The position numbers were made by a program, and so were the translations under genes. DNA of 64,000 bases from Macrostomum lignano. Lineage: Eukaryota. Below are positions 1-24,800 of this stretch, in pieces. The stretch's first letter is position 1; every line of letters begins with the position of its first letter. A model generated the notes under the pieces. The model was not told the DNA's origin, ran no database searches, and saw only the letters and a list, made by a program, of their open reading frames with translations. The DNA is taken from NCBI GenBank assembly GCA_002269645.1, contig NIVC01000286.1, forward strand, positions 62,001 through 126,000. The letters are read 5' to 3'.

Positions 1-157
1 GTGTCTGTCTGTCTGTCTGTGTGTCTGTCTTAGTATCTGCTGTCTGTCTGGCTGTCTGTTTATGCCTGTCTATCGTTCTGTCTGTCTTAGTGTCTGCTGT
101 CTGTCTGTCTGTCTGTGTATCTGTCTGTCTGTCCGTCTGTCTGTCTGTCTGTCTGTG

Positions 158-224
<67 letters not shown>

Positions 225-349
225 GTGTCTGTCTTAGTATCTGCTGTCTGTCTGGCTGTCTGTTTATGCCTGTCTATCGTTCTGTCTGTCTTAGTGTCTG
301 CTGTCTGTCTGTCTGTCTGTGTATCTGTCTGTCTGTCTGTCTGTCTGTG

Positions 350-420
<71 letters not shown>

Positions 421-460
421 CCGTCTGTCTGTCTAACCATCTATCCATCTATCTGTCTGT
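1..460. repeat. (TCTG)n microsatellite with variant units
   Basis: Direct reading of tandem tctg units with tgtg/tatc variants. Confidence 0.97.
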
Positions 461-959
461 ATAACTATCTATCAGTATTTTGAGCACAGTTTCTGAATTC
501 GCTACACTAGAAGCAAGTGGATTGAGTAGCATTGCACCAACCTCGCCCTCCATGTTATTGCGATTCTATAAGCTAATAATTTTAATGGCTGCAGTTGAAC
601 TTGCTTGGCTCGGTTCGCCAGCGCTACACAGTTGGTCTCTGTTATATTCCTGTAGGTGCAGACCATTGATTTTTAAGCAGCGCGTCTTGTCCTACTGTGC
701 GTACCTTCCTGCCCCACCCTCTGAAGTTTTCCCTGCCTCTCTGCCTGCCCGTCTGTCTGCCTGGACCAAATTTTCCAATTCACAAGACAGTCGGGTCTTC
801 GCTCAACCCGCTCCCAAACTCGCCGCTTGTCGATCGGGTCCGGCCTCACTGCCTCAGTCCTCGTTTCCTCCAACCCCTACACCCACTCCTGACCCCACTC
901 TCTGCTACACACAGTATGCTCACGTTCCCACAGGCGTTGCAGAAAGACTGCATGGAAAT

Positions 960-1188
<229 letters not shown>

Positions 1189-1784
1189 TCCTTCTAGACA
1201 TTATAAACAACGCCTTACATGAAGCATTCCGCTTCATTCAATTGCTAGCTGCACACATTTTATACTGCTTTACTGCGCTGATGTATTTCACTGTAAAATG
1301 AGCTTTAAATTAGCTAACTGGTACATCGAAAAGCACGTATTTTATATTTAGCTACAGTGAAGATCAGAGAAAAGATTGTTTTAAAATCTTATATTTTGCT
1401 ACAGTGTTACAAAAATTCGTTCGAAATCTTGCACATGACTTTCGTGCCTTTCTTGGGTTGAAATTCTGTACGAGTTTGACTGAATTCTTCGATAAAATCA
1501 AAATTGCCCTCAAATTAGAATACTATTAAAGACAATTTCCTCTCAGTCATTTACAGGGCAATTTGTTTTTCTAATTTCCAGTCAAAGTAACGCTAAATCG
1601 AATTATTATCATCTATATAAATGCTACAGGTTTTTTGTTTTCGTTTCTTATTTTTCAGCTTCTTGACATTTTATGGATAGGCGTTTATATCAAAATTGAT
1701 GCCACGCGTGGAACAGTAGTAGGAAAAAGAGTTTGCGGGGCCATTAGCGCCGGCTATCGAGGGGGTGCAAACGACAGAGGGGGT

Positions 1785-2262
1785 GCCATGGCTACAGAGG
1801 GGGCGTCAACTACAGCGGGGGGCGCTAGCTACTAAGAGGGCGCCAACTACAGAGGGGCGTCAACTACAGAGGGGGCGCCAACTACAGAGGGGGCGCCAAC
1901 TACAGCGGGAGCGCCAGCTATACAGAGGGGGCGCCAACTACAGATGGGGGCGCCAACTACAGCGGGAGCGCCAGCTATACAGAGGGGGCGCCAACTACAG
2001 AGGGGGCGCCAACTACAGAGGGGGCGCCAACTACAGATGGGGGCGCCAGCTACAGATAGGGGCGCCAACTACAGAGGGGGCGCCAACTACAGATGGGGGC
2101 GCCAACTACAGATTGGGGCGCCAACTACATATGGGGCGCCAACTACAGATGGGGCGCCAACTACAGAGAGGGCGCCAGCTACAGAGGGGGGCGCCAACTA
2201 CAGAGGGGGGCGCCGTCTACAGATGGGGCGCCAACTAAAGCGGGAGCGTCAGCTAAAGAGGG
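1785..2262. repeat. 18-20 bp G-rich minisatellite (gggggcgccaactacaga)
   Basis: Tandem units with period about 18-20 bp. Confidence 0.95.
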
Positions 2263-2830
2263 GGTACATCGCTAAGCTTGCTGACAACTCAATTCATAAA
2301 ATATTCAGAAATGACCAGCTTTTTTGCCCCGAAACGCGATAGCTGAAACCGATAGATAGCTGTCATTAGTTGTTAGCTTTTTTAAGCCGAGTTTAAGCCT
2401 GCTTTTTAGCTTTGTAATTGCAGCTGCAGCTCCTAAACATTATGCAAACTAATGCTGGCAGTGTAACACTGAACACTGCCTGTAGCCCTTAATGCCCTTT
2501 TTACAACCATATAGGCGCATACACCCTAATTATAGTTGCAACGCGAACCGAAGTGTAAGGCTAGCTTAAAATTTTATGGTTTACAGTTTTACTTCTCTTA
2601 CTTTGTAGCTATCTGCTATTTCTAATGTTTGTACCAGTCTGCTATCAGCTGTTCCGAAATTTTTTCTTTTGTTATGCTGCATTGCTGATTATTGATAATT
2701 GAGTTATCTGGACTTTCAGAATTTGAATGAGTAGATTACATTGTGAAAGCGAATTTGTCTCCCATAGTCCCATGTCCCGTCTACCCTCTCCAATCTCCCC
2801 CTCTACCCTCTTTTATCTTTCCTCTACCCT

Positions 2831-3545
2831 ATCCCGTCTCATGTCTACCCTCTCCCGTCTCATGTCTACCCTCTCCCGTCTCATGTCTACCCTCTCCCGT
2901 CTCATGTCTACCCTCTCCCGTCTCATGTCTACCCTCTCCCGTCTCATGTCTACCCTCTCCCGTCTCATGTCTACCCTCTCCCGTCTCATGTCTACCCTCT
3001 CCCGTCTCATGTCTACCCTCTCCCGTCTCATGTCTACTCTATCCCGTCTCATGTCTACCCTATCCCGTCTCATGTCTACCCTATCCCGTCTCATGTCTAC
3101 CCTCTACCGTCTCATGTCTACCCTCTCCCGTCTCATGTCTACCCTATCCCGTCTCATGTCTACCCTATCCCGTCTCATGTCTACCCTCTCCCGTCTCATG
3201 TCTACCCTCTCCCGTCTCATGTCTACCCTCTCCCGTCTCATGTCTACCCTCTCCCGTCTCATGTCTACCCTCTCCCGTCTCATGTCTACCCTATCCCGTC
3301 TCATGTCTACCCTCTCCCGTCTCATGTCTACCCTATCCCGTCTCATGTCTACCCTCTCCCGTCTCATGTCTACCCTCTCCCGTCTCATGTCTACCCTATC
3401 CCGTCTCATGTCTACCCTATCCCGTCTCATGTCTACCCTATCCCGTCTCATGTCTACCCTCTCCCGTCTCATGTCTACCCTATCCCGTCTCATGTCTACC
3501 CTATCCCGTCTCATGTCTACCCTATCCCATCTCATGTCTACCCTC
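2831..3545. repeat. 21 bp minisatellite (ctcatgtctaccctctcccgt)
   Basis: Tandem units; the ORF track shows a 7-aa period (MSTLSRL). Confidence 0.96.
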
Positions 3546-4369
3546 TCCCATCTCCTGTATACTCTCTCCAATCTCCTGTCTACTCTCCCCCCTCTACTCT
3601 TCCTATATCCCCTCTACTCTCTCTTGTCTATCTTCTACTCTCCCATCTCCCGTCTACTCTGTCGCATCTCCCCTCTACTCTCTTAAGTCTCCCGTCTACT
3701 CTCTCCTTTCCTCAACTCTCCCTCTTACCGTCTTCGCAACAAGTAATGTTTTCATTATTGTACGAAAAAACAATTATAAAATGCTTTTATACTACTGCTG
3801 ACTTGAGTAGATAATACGCATATTTAAGTTCCTTGTTTAATATCTTTTCAAATCAGTTCAATTATTTAGCAATAATGAAGATGGCAGCGCATATTTATTA
3901 GTTACAGCCAGCGTTTTGTATCCCATTTTGTTTCAATTTGTTTGATCTTACACTTGAAACAAGTCTGTTATAGCTCTGATATGATCTACAATTAGTTGCA
4001 TAATTAAGATTCGATTTAATCGTTGCTTACTTGTCTAAATAGATAGATTTATATTCATATACATTGTCGGTTTGTGCTAATGTTTCGCATAATATATGTA
4101 CAGAATCTAACCAGTTAAATATCAATTGCAGTTCTTGCTAGGCTAATCTGGTGCAACGAAAGCTAATAGTTTGTATGTTGTGTGTCTGTGTGTGCGCCTG
4201 TTTGCCATGAAACAGAAATTTCTGTGGCAGGCAGTTCCCACGGTCCTGCAAAGCATTTAATAATTTTGTTAGTTTTTGTCTGGAGATTTTTTATACTTAA
4301 TCCGCTATTCTTAACTCCTTTCTTTGTTTTCAAATATTATCCAAATCTCATAAGACTTTCCCTTATCCA

Positions 4370-5637
4370 TATCCCAGTTATGATTCATCCCCATATCTCG
4401 GTTATGATTCTTCTCCATATCCCAGTTATGATTCTTCCCCATATCCCAGTTATGATTCTTCCCCATATCCCAGTTATGATTCTTCCCCATATCCCAGTTA
4501 TGATTCTTCCCTATATCCCAGTTATGATTCTTCCCCATATCCCAGTTATGATTCTTCCCCATATCTCAGTTATGATTCTTCCCCATATCTCAGTTATGAT
4601 TCTTCCCAATATCCCAGTTGATTCTTCTCCATATCTCAGTTATGATTCTTCCCCATATCTCAGTTATGATTCTTCCCCATATCCCAGTTGATTCTTCTCC
4701 ATATCTCAGTTATGATTCTTCCCCATATCTCAGTTATGATTCTTCCCCATATCTCAGTTATGATTCTTCCCCATATCCCAGTTATGATTCTTCCCCATAT
4801 CCCAGTTATGATTCTTCCCCATATCCCAGTTATGATTCTTCCCCATATCCCAGTTATGATTCTTCCCCATATCCCAGTTATGATTCTTCCCCATATCCCA
4901 GTTATGATTCTTCCCCATATCCCAGTTATGATTCTTCTCCATATCTCAGTTATGATTCTTCTCCATATTCCAGTTATGATTCTTCCCAATATTCCAGTTA
5001 TGATTCTTCCCAATATCCCAGTTATGATTCTTCCCCATATCCCAGTTATGATTCTTCCCCATATCCCAGTTATGATTCTTCCCCATATCCCAGTTATGAT
5101 TCTTCTCCATATCTCAGTTATGATTCTTCTCCATATTCCAGTTATGATTCTTCCCAATATTCCAGTTATGATTCTTCCCAATATCCCAGTTATGATTCTT
5201 CCCCATATCCCAGTTATGATTCTTCCCCATATCCCAGTTATGATTCTTCCCCATATCCCAGTTATGATTCTTCTCCATATCCCAGTTATGATTCTTCCCC
5301 ATATCCCAGTTATGATTCTTCTCCATATCTCAGTTATGATTCTTCTCCATATTCCAGTTATGATTCTTCCAATATTCCAGTTATGATTCTTCCCCATATC
5401 CCAGTTATGATTCTTCCCCATATCCCAGTTATGGTTCTTCCCCATATCCCAGTTATGATTCTTCCCCATATCCCAGTTATGATTCTTCCCCATATCCCAG
5501 TTATGGTTCTTCCCCATATCCCAGTTATGATTCTTCCCCATATCTCAGTTATGATTCTTCCCCATATCCCAGTTATGATTCTTCCCCATATCCCAGTTAT
5601 GATTCTTCCCCATATCCCAGTTATGATTCTTCCCTAT
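4370..5637. repeat. 24 bp minisatellite (atcccagttatgattcttccccat)
   Basis: Tandem units, 8-aa period; ends about 36 bp before a prominin acceptor. Confidence 0.96.
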
Positions 5638-5673
5638 ATTTTATTCCCATACCCCACCAACAAACACGCGCAG

Positions 5674-17830
<12,157 letters not shown>

Positions 17831-17894
17831 AAGCAAACTGAGCGAGCTTAATATTAAGAACTTTACAGCGTCTGTTCTTATTGATTTGTTTCAT

Positions 17895-19440
17895 GCGTCA
17901 GAAATGATTCTCAATGGGATGTCAGGAATGATTCTCAGTGGGATGTCAGGAATGATTCTCAATAGTATGTCAGGAATGATTCTCTATGGGGTATCAGGAA
18001 TGATTCTCTATGGGATGTCAGGAATGATTCTCAATGGGATGTCAGGAATGATACCCAATGGGATGTCAGGAATGATACCCAATGGGATGTCAGGAATGAT
18101 ACCCAATGGGATGTCAGGAATGATACCCAATGGGATGTCAGGAATGATTCTCAATGGGATGTCAGGAATGGTTCTCAATGGGATGTCAGGAATGATTCTC
18201 AATGGGATGTCAGAAATGATTCCCAATGGGATGTCAGAAATGATTCCCAATAGGATGTCAGGAATGATTCTCTATGGGATGTCAGGAATGATTCTCTATG
18301 GGATGTCAGGAATGATTCTCTATAAGATGTCAGGAATTATTCTCTATGGGATGTCAGGAATGATTCTCTATGGGGTATCAGGAATGATTCTCTATGGGAT
18401 GTCAGGAATGATTCTCAGTGGGATGTCAGGAATGATTCTCAGTGGGATGTCAGGAATGATTCTCAATAGTATGTCAGGAATGATTCTCTATGGGGTATCA
18501 GGAATGATTCTCTATGGGATGTCAGGAATGATTCTGAATGGGATGTCAGGAATGATACCCAATGGGATGTCAGGAATGATACCCAATGGGATGTCAGGAA
18601 TGATTCTCAATGGGATGTCTGGAATGATTCTCAGTGGGATGTCAGGAATGATTCTCAATAGTATGTCAGGAATGATTCTCTATAAGATGTCAGGAATTAT
18701 TCTCTATAAGATGTCAGGAATGATTCTCTATAAGATGTCAGGAATGATTCCCAATGGGATGTCAGGAATGATTCTCTATGGGATGTCAGGAATGATTCTC
18801 TATAAGATGTCAGGAATTATTCTCTATGGGATGTCAGGAATGATTCTCTATGGGGTATCAGGAATGATTCTCTATGGGATGTCAGGAATGATTCTCAGTG
18901 GGATGTCAGGAATGATTCTCAGTGGGATATCAGGAATGATTCTCAGTGGGATGTCAGGAATGATTCTCAATAGTATGTCAGGAATGATTCTCTATGGGGT
19001 ATCAGGAATGATTCTCTATGGGATGTCAGGAATGATTCTGAATGGGATGTCAGGAATGATACCCAATGGGATGTCAGGAATGATACCCAATGGGATGTCA
19101 GGAATGATTCTCAATGGGATGTCAGGAATGATTCTCAGTGGGATGTCAGGAATGATTCTCAATAGTATGTCAGGAATGATTCTCTATAAGATGTCAGGAA
19201 TGATTCCCAATGGGATGTCAGAAATGATTCCCAATAGGATGTCAGGAATGATTCTCTATGGGATGTCAGGAATGATTCTCTATGGGGTATCAGGAATGAT
19301 ACCCAATGGGATGTCAGGAATGATACCCAATGGGATGTCAGGAATGATTCTCAATGGGATGTCAGGAATGATTCTTTATTGGGTGTCAAGAGTGATTCTC
19401 AATCTAGTATCAGAAATGATGATTCTCTATGAAGTGTCAG
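17895..19440. repeat. 24 bp minisatellite (tcaggaatgattctcaatgggatg)
   Basis: Tandem units, 8-aa period; starts about 65 bp after the prominin stop. Confidence 0.96.
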
Positions 19441-21683
19441 ACTGTGATGAAAATTTATTGGGCTTCAAGAATAATTACTTTATCAATATCACCCTACAGC
19501 ACCTAAATTAAACATATTTTTGCTTAAATATATACTCAACGGAGAAATGTCCATGCAGATAAAAAATCACCTTTTTTGTTCAGCAGTGACGCTAGGGTCA
19601 TCCTAAGATCCAGTATTAACAGTATTTTGCTTGTAATCGAACAAAGTACGAGTGTTTTCTTAAAAAAAGCATTCAGTAATGTTTATTTTCAATTGTTTTT
19701 AATGTCGAATTTTTCACCTGTAAATTGCAAAGCGCGAACTTTTTTCCTTTCCATTATTTTTCTTTATGTTATCCCATTCATTATTTACTCTAAAAGTTCA
19801 TTTTTGGTTCTTAAAAACTATTTTTGATGCCGCACAGATTTGCACTACTATCAGTAAGATGATAAACATTTTCGCTTTGCTTTTTATGCTTTAATCAGCT
19901 TATCTCTCTATGCTTTAATATTTTCTAAATCGGCCTCCTAATTACTGATCTGAATGTCAGAAGTAGGAATGATTGTCATAAACTGTTACTCACATTACTA
20001 AATACCAATGCAGTCTATGATTCTGTGGCATCTTTTATTAAATTTGAATTCGCGCCAACGTCCGTGGAAAATATTGGTTTATTTAAACTATAATATTTTT
20101 TTCTCAATCCATCCACTGTAAATTGTTTCGCTTGTTTTTTTTTCAAATGCATATAATTAAAATTAGAATGCAATTGCTTGGGTACATCTGACTTTCTCAA
20201 TCACTGATGATATAGAAACGCTGTTTAATTACTTTATTCACTCAAAGATAAATAAATACTCATTAGCTTAAAACGTAATTTTTTAATTAATTTGCTTTCA
20301 AGCAATTATTTACTTCTGCTGATTGACACCTGTACTAATCTCTTGTGAATTTTGTTATTTTGTGAATTTCCCAGAATCACATCTGCCCGCTTTTGCCGCT
20401 TTCCCGCGCGTCCTAGTCAAAGCTTTGTGTAGCTATTTTATTTGATGATTGTTTTCAAACTGTCGCTTACGATTTTTGCCCCTTTTGCTTGCTGAATGTC
20501 GTCAGTGACTAAAATGATAAAATATTAAATCGCGAGCACCTACTCAATATAATTATAGTAAGTTTTATGCTCTGCGGCTGCAATCATAGCTGGCTTTTTG
20601 TTGCACTGTTTTACCGACTTATTAAATACTTGAATTCTAAAATGCCTGGTTTTGTTAAATTTGCTTAACTAATTGGTTATCTCCGAATCAAGTAAATTGG
20701 CGTAGAACAAGTAAATAAATATTAATATATTAGATACTTTTACAACCTGTACAGGCAGAAATAATAAGGCATTTTTGTGTTTACAGTGTATGCTTCTTTA
20801 ATAATTTCATATACGTACGATCAAGATTTGACTTCTACATGAGTGGGAAAAGGAGATCGATCGAGCGATGAGTATATAGTATGTAGCTAGATGAGAGGAT
20901 AGACGTCTAGATAAGAAACGACAATCAGTAGCGAGCTGTCCGTCTTAAACTTATTTTCGCTGCACTTAAATTCAAGAAAAGGTAAACAAAAACAAGGGAT
21001 GAATACATCAAAAACATTTTAAAGTGAGAAAATGACCGCGAGGACGAGATGGGAGCACATATCATGTTGATACTGTTTTACTTTGATTTCTTAAAATCCA
21101 AGCGAAGGTTTTAAACACCCTCAAGCGAAACTTTGTGCATGAAGTCCATACATGTTTGTAAAAATTGCATTATTACTGTAATATATATATAATTGCAAAA
21201 TTATTTTTCGATCAAATCTCCATCTCAATCAGTGACGTCAGTGAATTTTTCCAAGGAAATTAGCCTCTAGAGAAATTACACTATCTTAAGTGCTGTTATA
21301 TTACAGTTATTCCTTGGAAGAAGCTGAACAGCTTCTAATTTAGTTGTCACTAGCTAGCTGAGGCCCGCTTTCCAGACGTGAGAATGTTTTGTACGTAGCG
21401 TGGTACATAAACTTATTCTTTAATTACAGAAAAAAATTAAGCCATATCAAATAGAAAAGAAATTGCGATTATTCATAAAAGTAGTGTTTGTAGCAGAATA
21501 TGCTGATTTAAAGTTTAAAGTTTTGTTTTAAATACGTAAACAACTTCGACTTGACCAAGTTTATAACGTCACGCAGGCCGGCATGTGTCACTGCTCCTTA
21601 CTTCCGATTGCTGTTTTCTACATTCAAAATTTTTTTTATGACAAGCCACGTAGAATAATTTAGGTAGAAATTGCGCCTTGAGA

Positions 21684-21800
21684 ATGCCGTCCCTTTCTGG
21701 TAAGCAAGATCCAGTAAAGGCTCCTCCTGAGTCTTCAGATGCGATGAAAAATCTTCATACTTATGTGGAGAAAAAAATTCGTAATCTCGAGAAGAAAAAG
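21684..21800 (+). CDS. CAPRIN1: Caprin-1 exon 1
   Basis: ATG at 21684; 39 codons ending KIRNLEKKK; donor gtacaa. Confidence 0.9.
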
Positions 21801-24800
21801 GTACAAAATACAACTGTCTGCTTTTCTTTTTTGCAATGTTGTTAATATATATTCACAGACCAAAGTTTTCATTATTTATTGTTATTTTTTCAAACTCAAA
21901 GGTAATTTAATAATAATCTATGCCCTCTTTTAAGGCAAACTATATTATATTATTATTACTCTTAATTTGGCTTTTCTGGACAAAGTTAAGATAGTAATAT
22001 ATATGTATATACTAACTTAGTGATGGATCAAAATTCGATTTCAATTTTGATATTCCAAATTTCAAACCTAATTTTGTGTCAAAATAATTTCAATTTTAAT
22101 TTCAAATTTTAAAACTATTTATCAAAAATCATTTTGAAATGTTGCTTATGTTTTAACAATAATGCATTCATGACCATGTTATACAAGTAAGAAAATCTGT
22201 AGGAAGTGAAAGGAAGTGCAGTTCAAAGACTTAGTAAGTTGTATTTTAAGTGTAAAGTAGCTTGAACACTATAGTTTTTAGAAAAAAAAATTAATTTTAA
22301 AATTATAAGAGTTTCACTAAACTTTAAAGTAACTATTTTTGCTAAAAACTATTATAATTTTATTGTTTTACTTTTGTTTGAAATTTTTCAGCATAAAAAC
22401 AACCTGGACTATAAAAAGTAGGAGAACTTAAGCACATATACACTAGAGGTTGGACGGGATTGAAATCTTCGGGCGGGATCGAGATCGGGAATAATTTTTT
22501 TCTTGGGATCGGGATTGAGATCGGGATTCAGAATTGGGATCAGGTCTTTTAGTGTATTGTCCATGTAAAGTTAAACAAAATTGAGAAAAGATTGTAAAGA
22601 TCAAGAAGTAAAACACAACGAAATTGATATGAAGTTTTATAACCAACAAAGTAAATAATGTAACGAGTACAAGTTAAAGCAAAATACCTTCAAGTAATCA
22701 CTAACTCTATAAATTTTTAATCAAAAGACCTGTTCCCGAATCTCAAGTTTTTTAGGGTTGGGAGTCTGGTCCCGCGGGAATTCAATTTTCCTTGGGATCC
22801 CGAGATTTCTGGATCGGGATCGGGATCCCGTCCGACCTCTAGTATACACCATACCATAGTTAGGAAGGTGGCACTGTGTGCCAGAATAATTTTTTTGGGA
22901 CGATCTATGTGCCATTTATGCACTATCTGTGTGCTATCTATATGCCATATCTGTGCCCTTATTGTATGTATTGTACATAATTTACATAATTTGTAATTTA
23001 TGTATTTTACATAAATTACATATTTCACAACAAATTAAAAAAATTCTTAGAATTCATGCAGACTCAATATGCTATGCCAGTTTTATGCTAATAAAGATTC
23101 TATTCTGATTCCTTATGCATCAAAGTTATGCACAGCACCGCATATGTCAGGGACCTTATGCGCCGCAATTATGTGCCACATGCACTAGGGACCTCAGTAT
23201 GCGCCATGATTATACACTGCATGCGCCAGAGACCTCAGTGTACACCAAGATTGTGCGCCAAGTGTGCCAAGGACCCCTTGTGTGCGCTGGCATTTTCCAT
23301 GGCAAAGGCCACCTTCCTGACTATAGACACCACATGGCACATAACCATGTCAAATGCATGTAAATATCAAATCCAATTCTGCTGTAAACAGCTTCTTGCG
23401 CAAGTGCATACAATGGAGCGCGCTCACACCTTTAAGAGTGCACAACACAAGTAGGCTCCTTTTTAGCACGCAAGTGCACACAAATTTGACAAGTGCACAC
23501 AAACATATAACAACTTTTATGCAAGAATTCCATCCTGGGCAAGAATTGCCTCTTGCAAAAGAAGATTGCAAAGAAGAATTTAATTGGTTAAAAAATTTTA
23601 AAGCCTTTATGAATTTGATACATCTACATGAAGATATCTAGTTTAAACAATGGTGAATAATAATACATTTTCTATTGTAAGTATAATGTATAATATGAGC
23701 ATATATCAGCTTTTTCTGTTTTGTAAGTTTTTTAAGTAAGTTATTTTAAGTATTTAGGTTTAAATACCAAAGATATTTTCTAGAAAACGTGTAAGCTTGT
23801 ACATGCAATACAGATCCAAGTTGTTAAACTTTTTTGTATAATTAGCAAAAATTCAAAAGTTTGTTTAACTTAAAAAATTGATTTCAATTCTAAAGAACTG
23901 AACATTTGAATTTCGATTTTGATACAAAAACAATTTTGATCCATCATCATACTAATTGCTAAAATTCAAATTATAGCTAGTCCATAACCATATATATAAT
24001 AAATCTAAAAATAGATAGGCATACATAGGCCTAACCAGAGGTTGAATAATAATAAATTTCAAGATAATTGACAGCTGGGTTTTTTGTGCAAATGGGTGCA
24101 AATAGCATCCTGGTCTTAAAAATCACACCTTGAAATTTGACTCAGGGTGCGAAAAGTGCACCAGAATCTTTTGCAAGGGTGTGATGCGGATGTCACAATT
24201 TAGTGTTATGGATGTGTAGCGCATCCTGGTCTTAAAAATTTCACCCTGAAATCTAGCATAGGATGCGAAATCGCACCCAAGTTATGGACAAAAAACCAGT
24301 ATTTGAGACTTAAGATTAAGCCCAATTAGCATCTAGTAGGCCAAAGAAGATTATTCTATCTATTGTATTTAAGCAATATTAATATTATTACTTTTTAAAT
24401 TCCATAGTCCAGAAAGTGGAAAATTCTGGCATATTTTTGCCTTTGCTAACAATCTTGGTGTACACTTGGCATATAAAATCAGGTTTAACATAAAAGGATA
24501 GTCAGTATATAAAAAAAGAGCCAAGTTCAGGCCTAATATAAATTTTATAATTAAATATTAACCAAGAAAAGCTTTTTTAAAAATAGTTAGAAACAAAATA
24601 AAAACTATAATAACACAATTTACAAGAACAACAAAATTAAAACAAAGAATATCAGTTTTAAGCAGAAAACATTTGGTTGAGATTGAGATCTTGTCCAACC
24701 CCAAGCTCTAATTACCTACTATCTAAATATACTAAATCTTTTAAATACTATATTTTATAACTTTAGACCTAGTATCTGAACTAGCTTTATTGCAGGTATA

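Larger units (their letters stand above)
22018..23949. mobile_element. Non-autonomous hAT-like element, about 1.9 kb
   Basis: TIR TAGTGATGGATCAAAATT versus aattttgatccatca(tca) at 23932-23949; 8-bp TSD tactaact/tactaatt. Confidence 0.7.

Noticed and set aside
17886-19511. 541-aa MSGMILNG repeat ORF
   Set aside because: 24-bp minisatellite downstream of the prominin stop; open only because of the unit length
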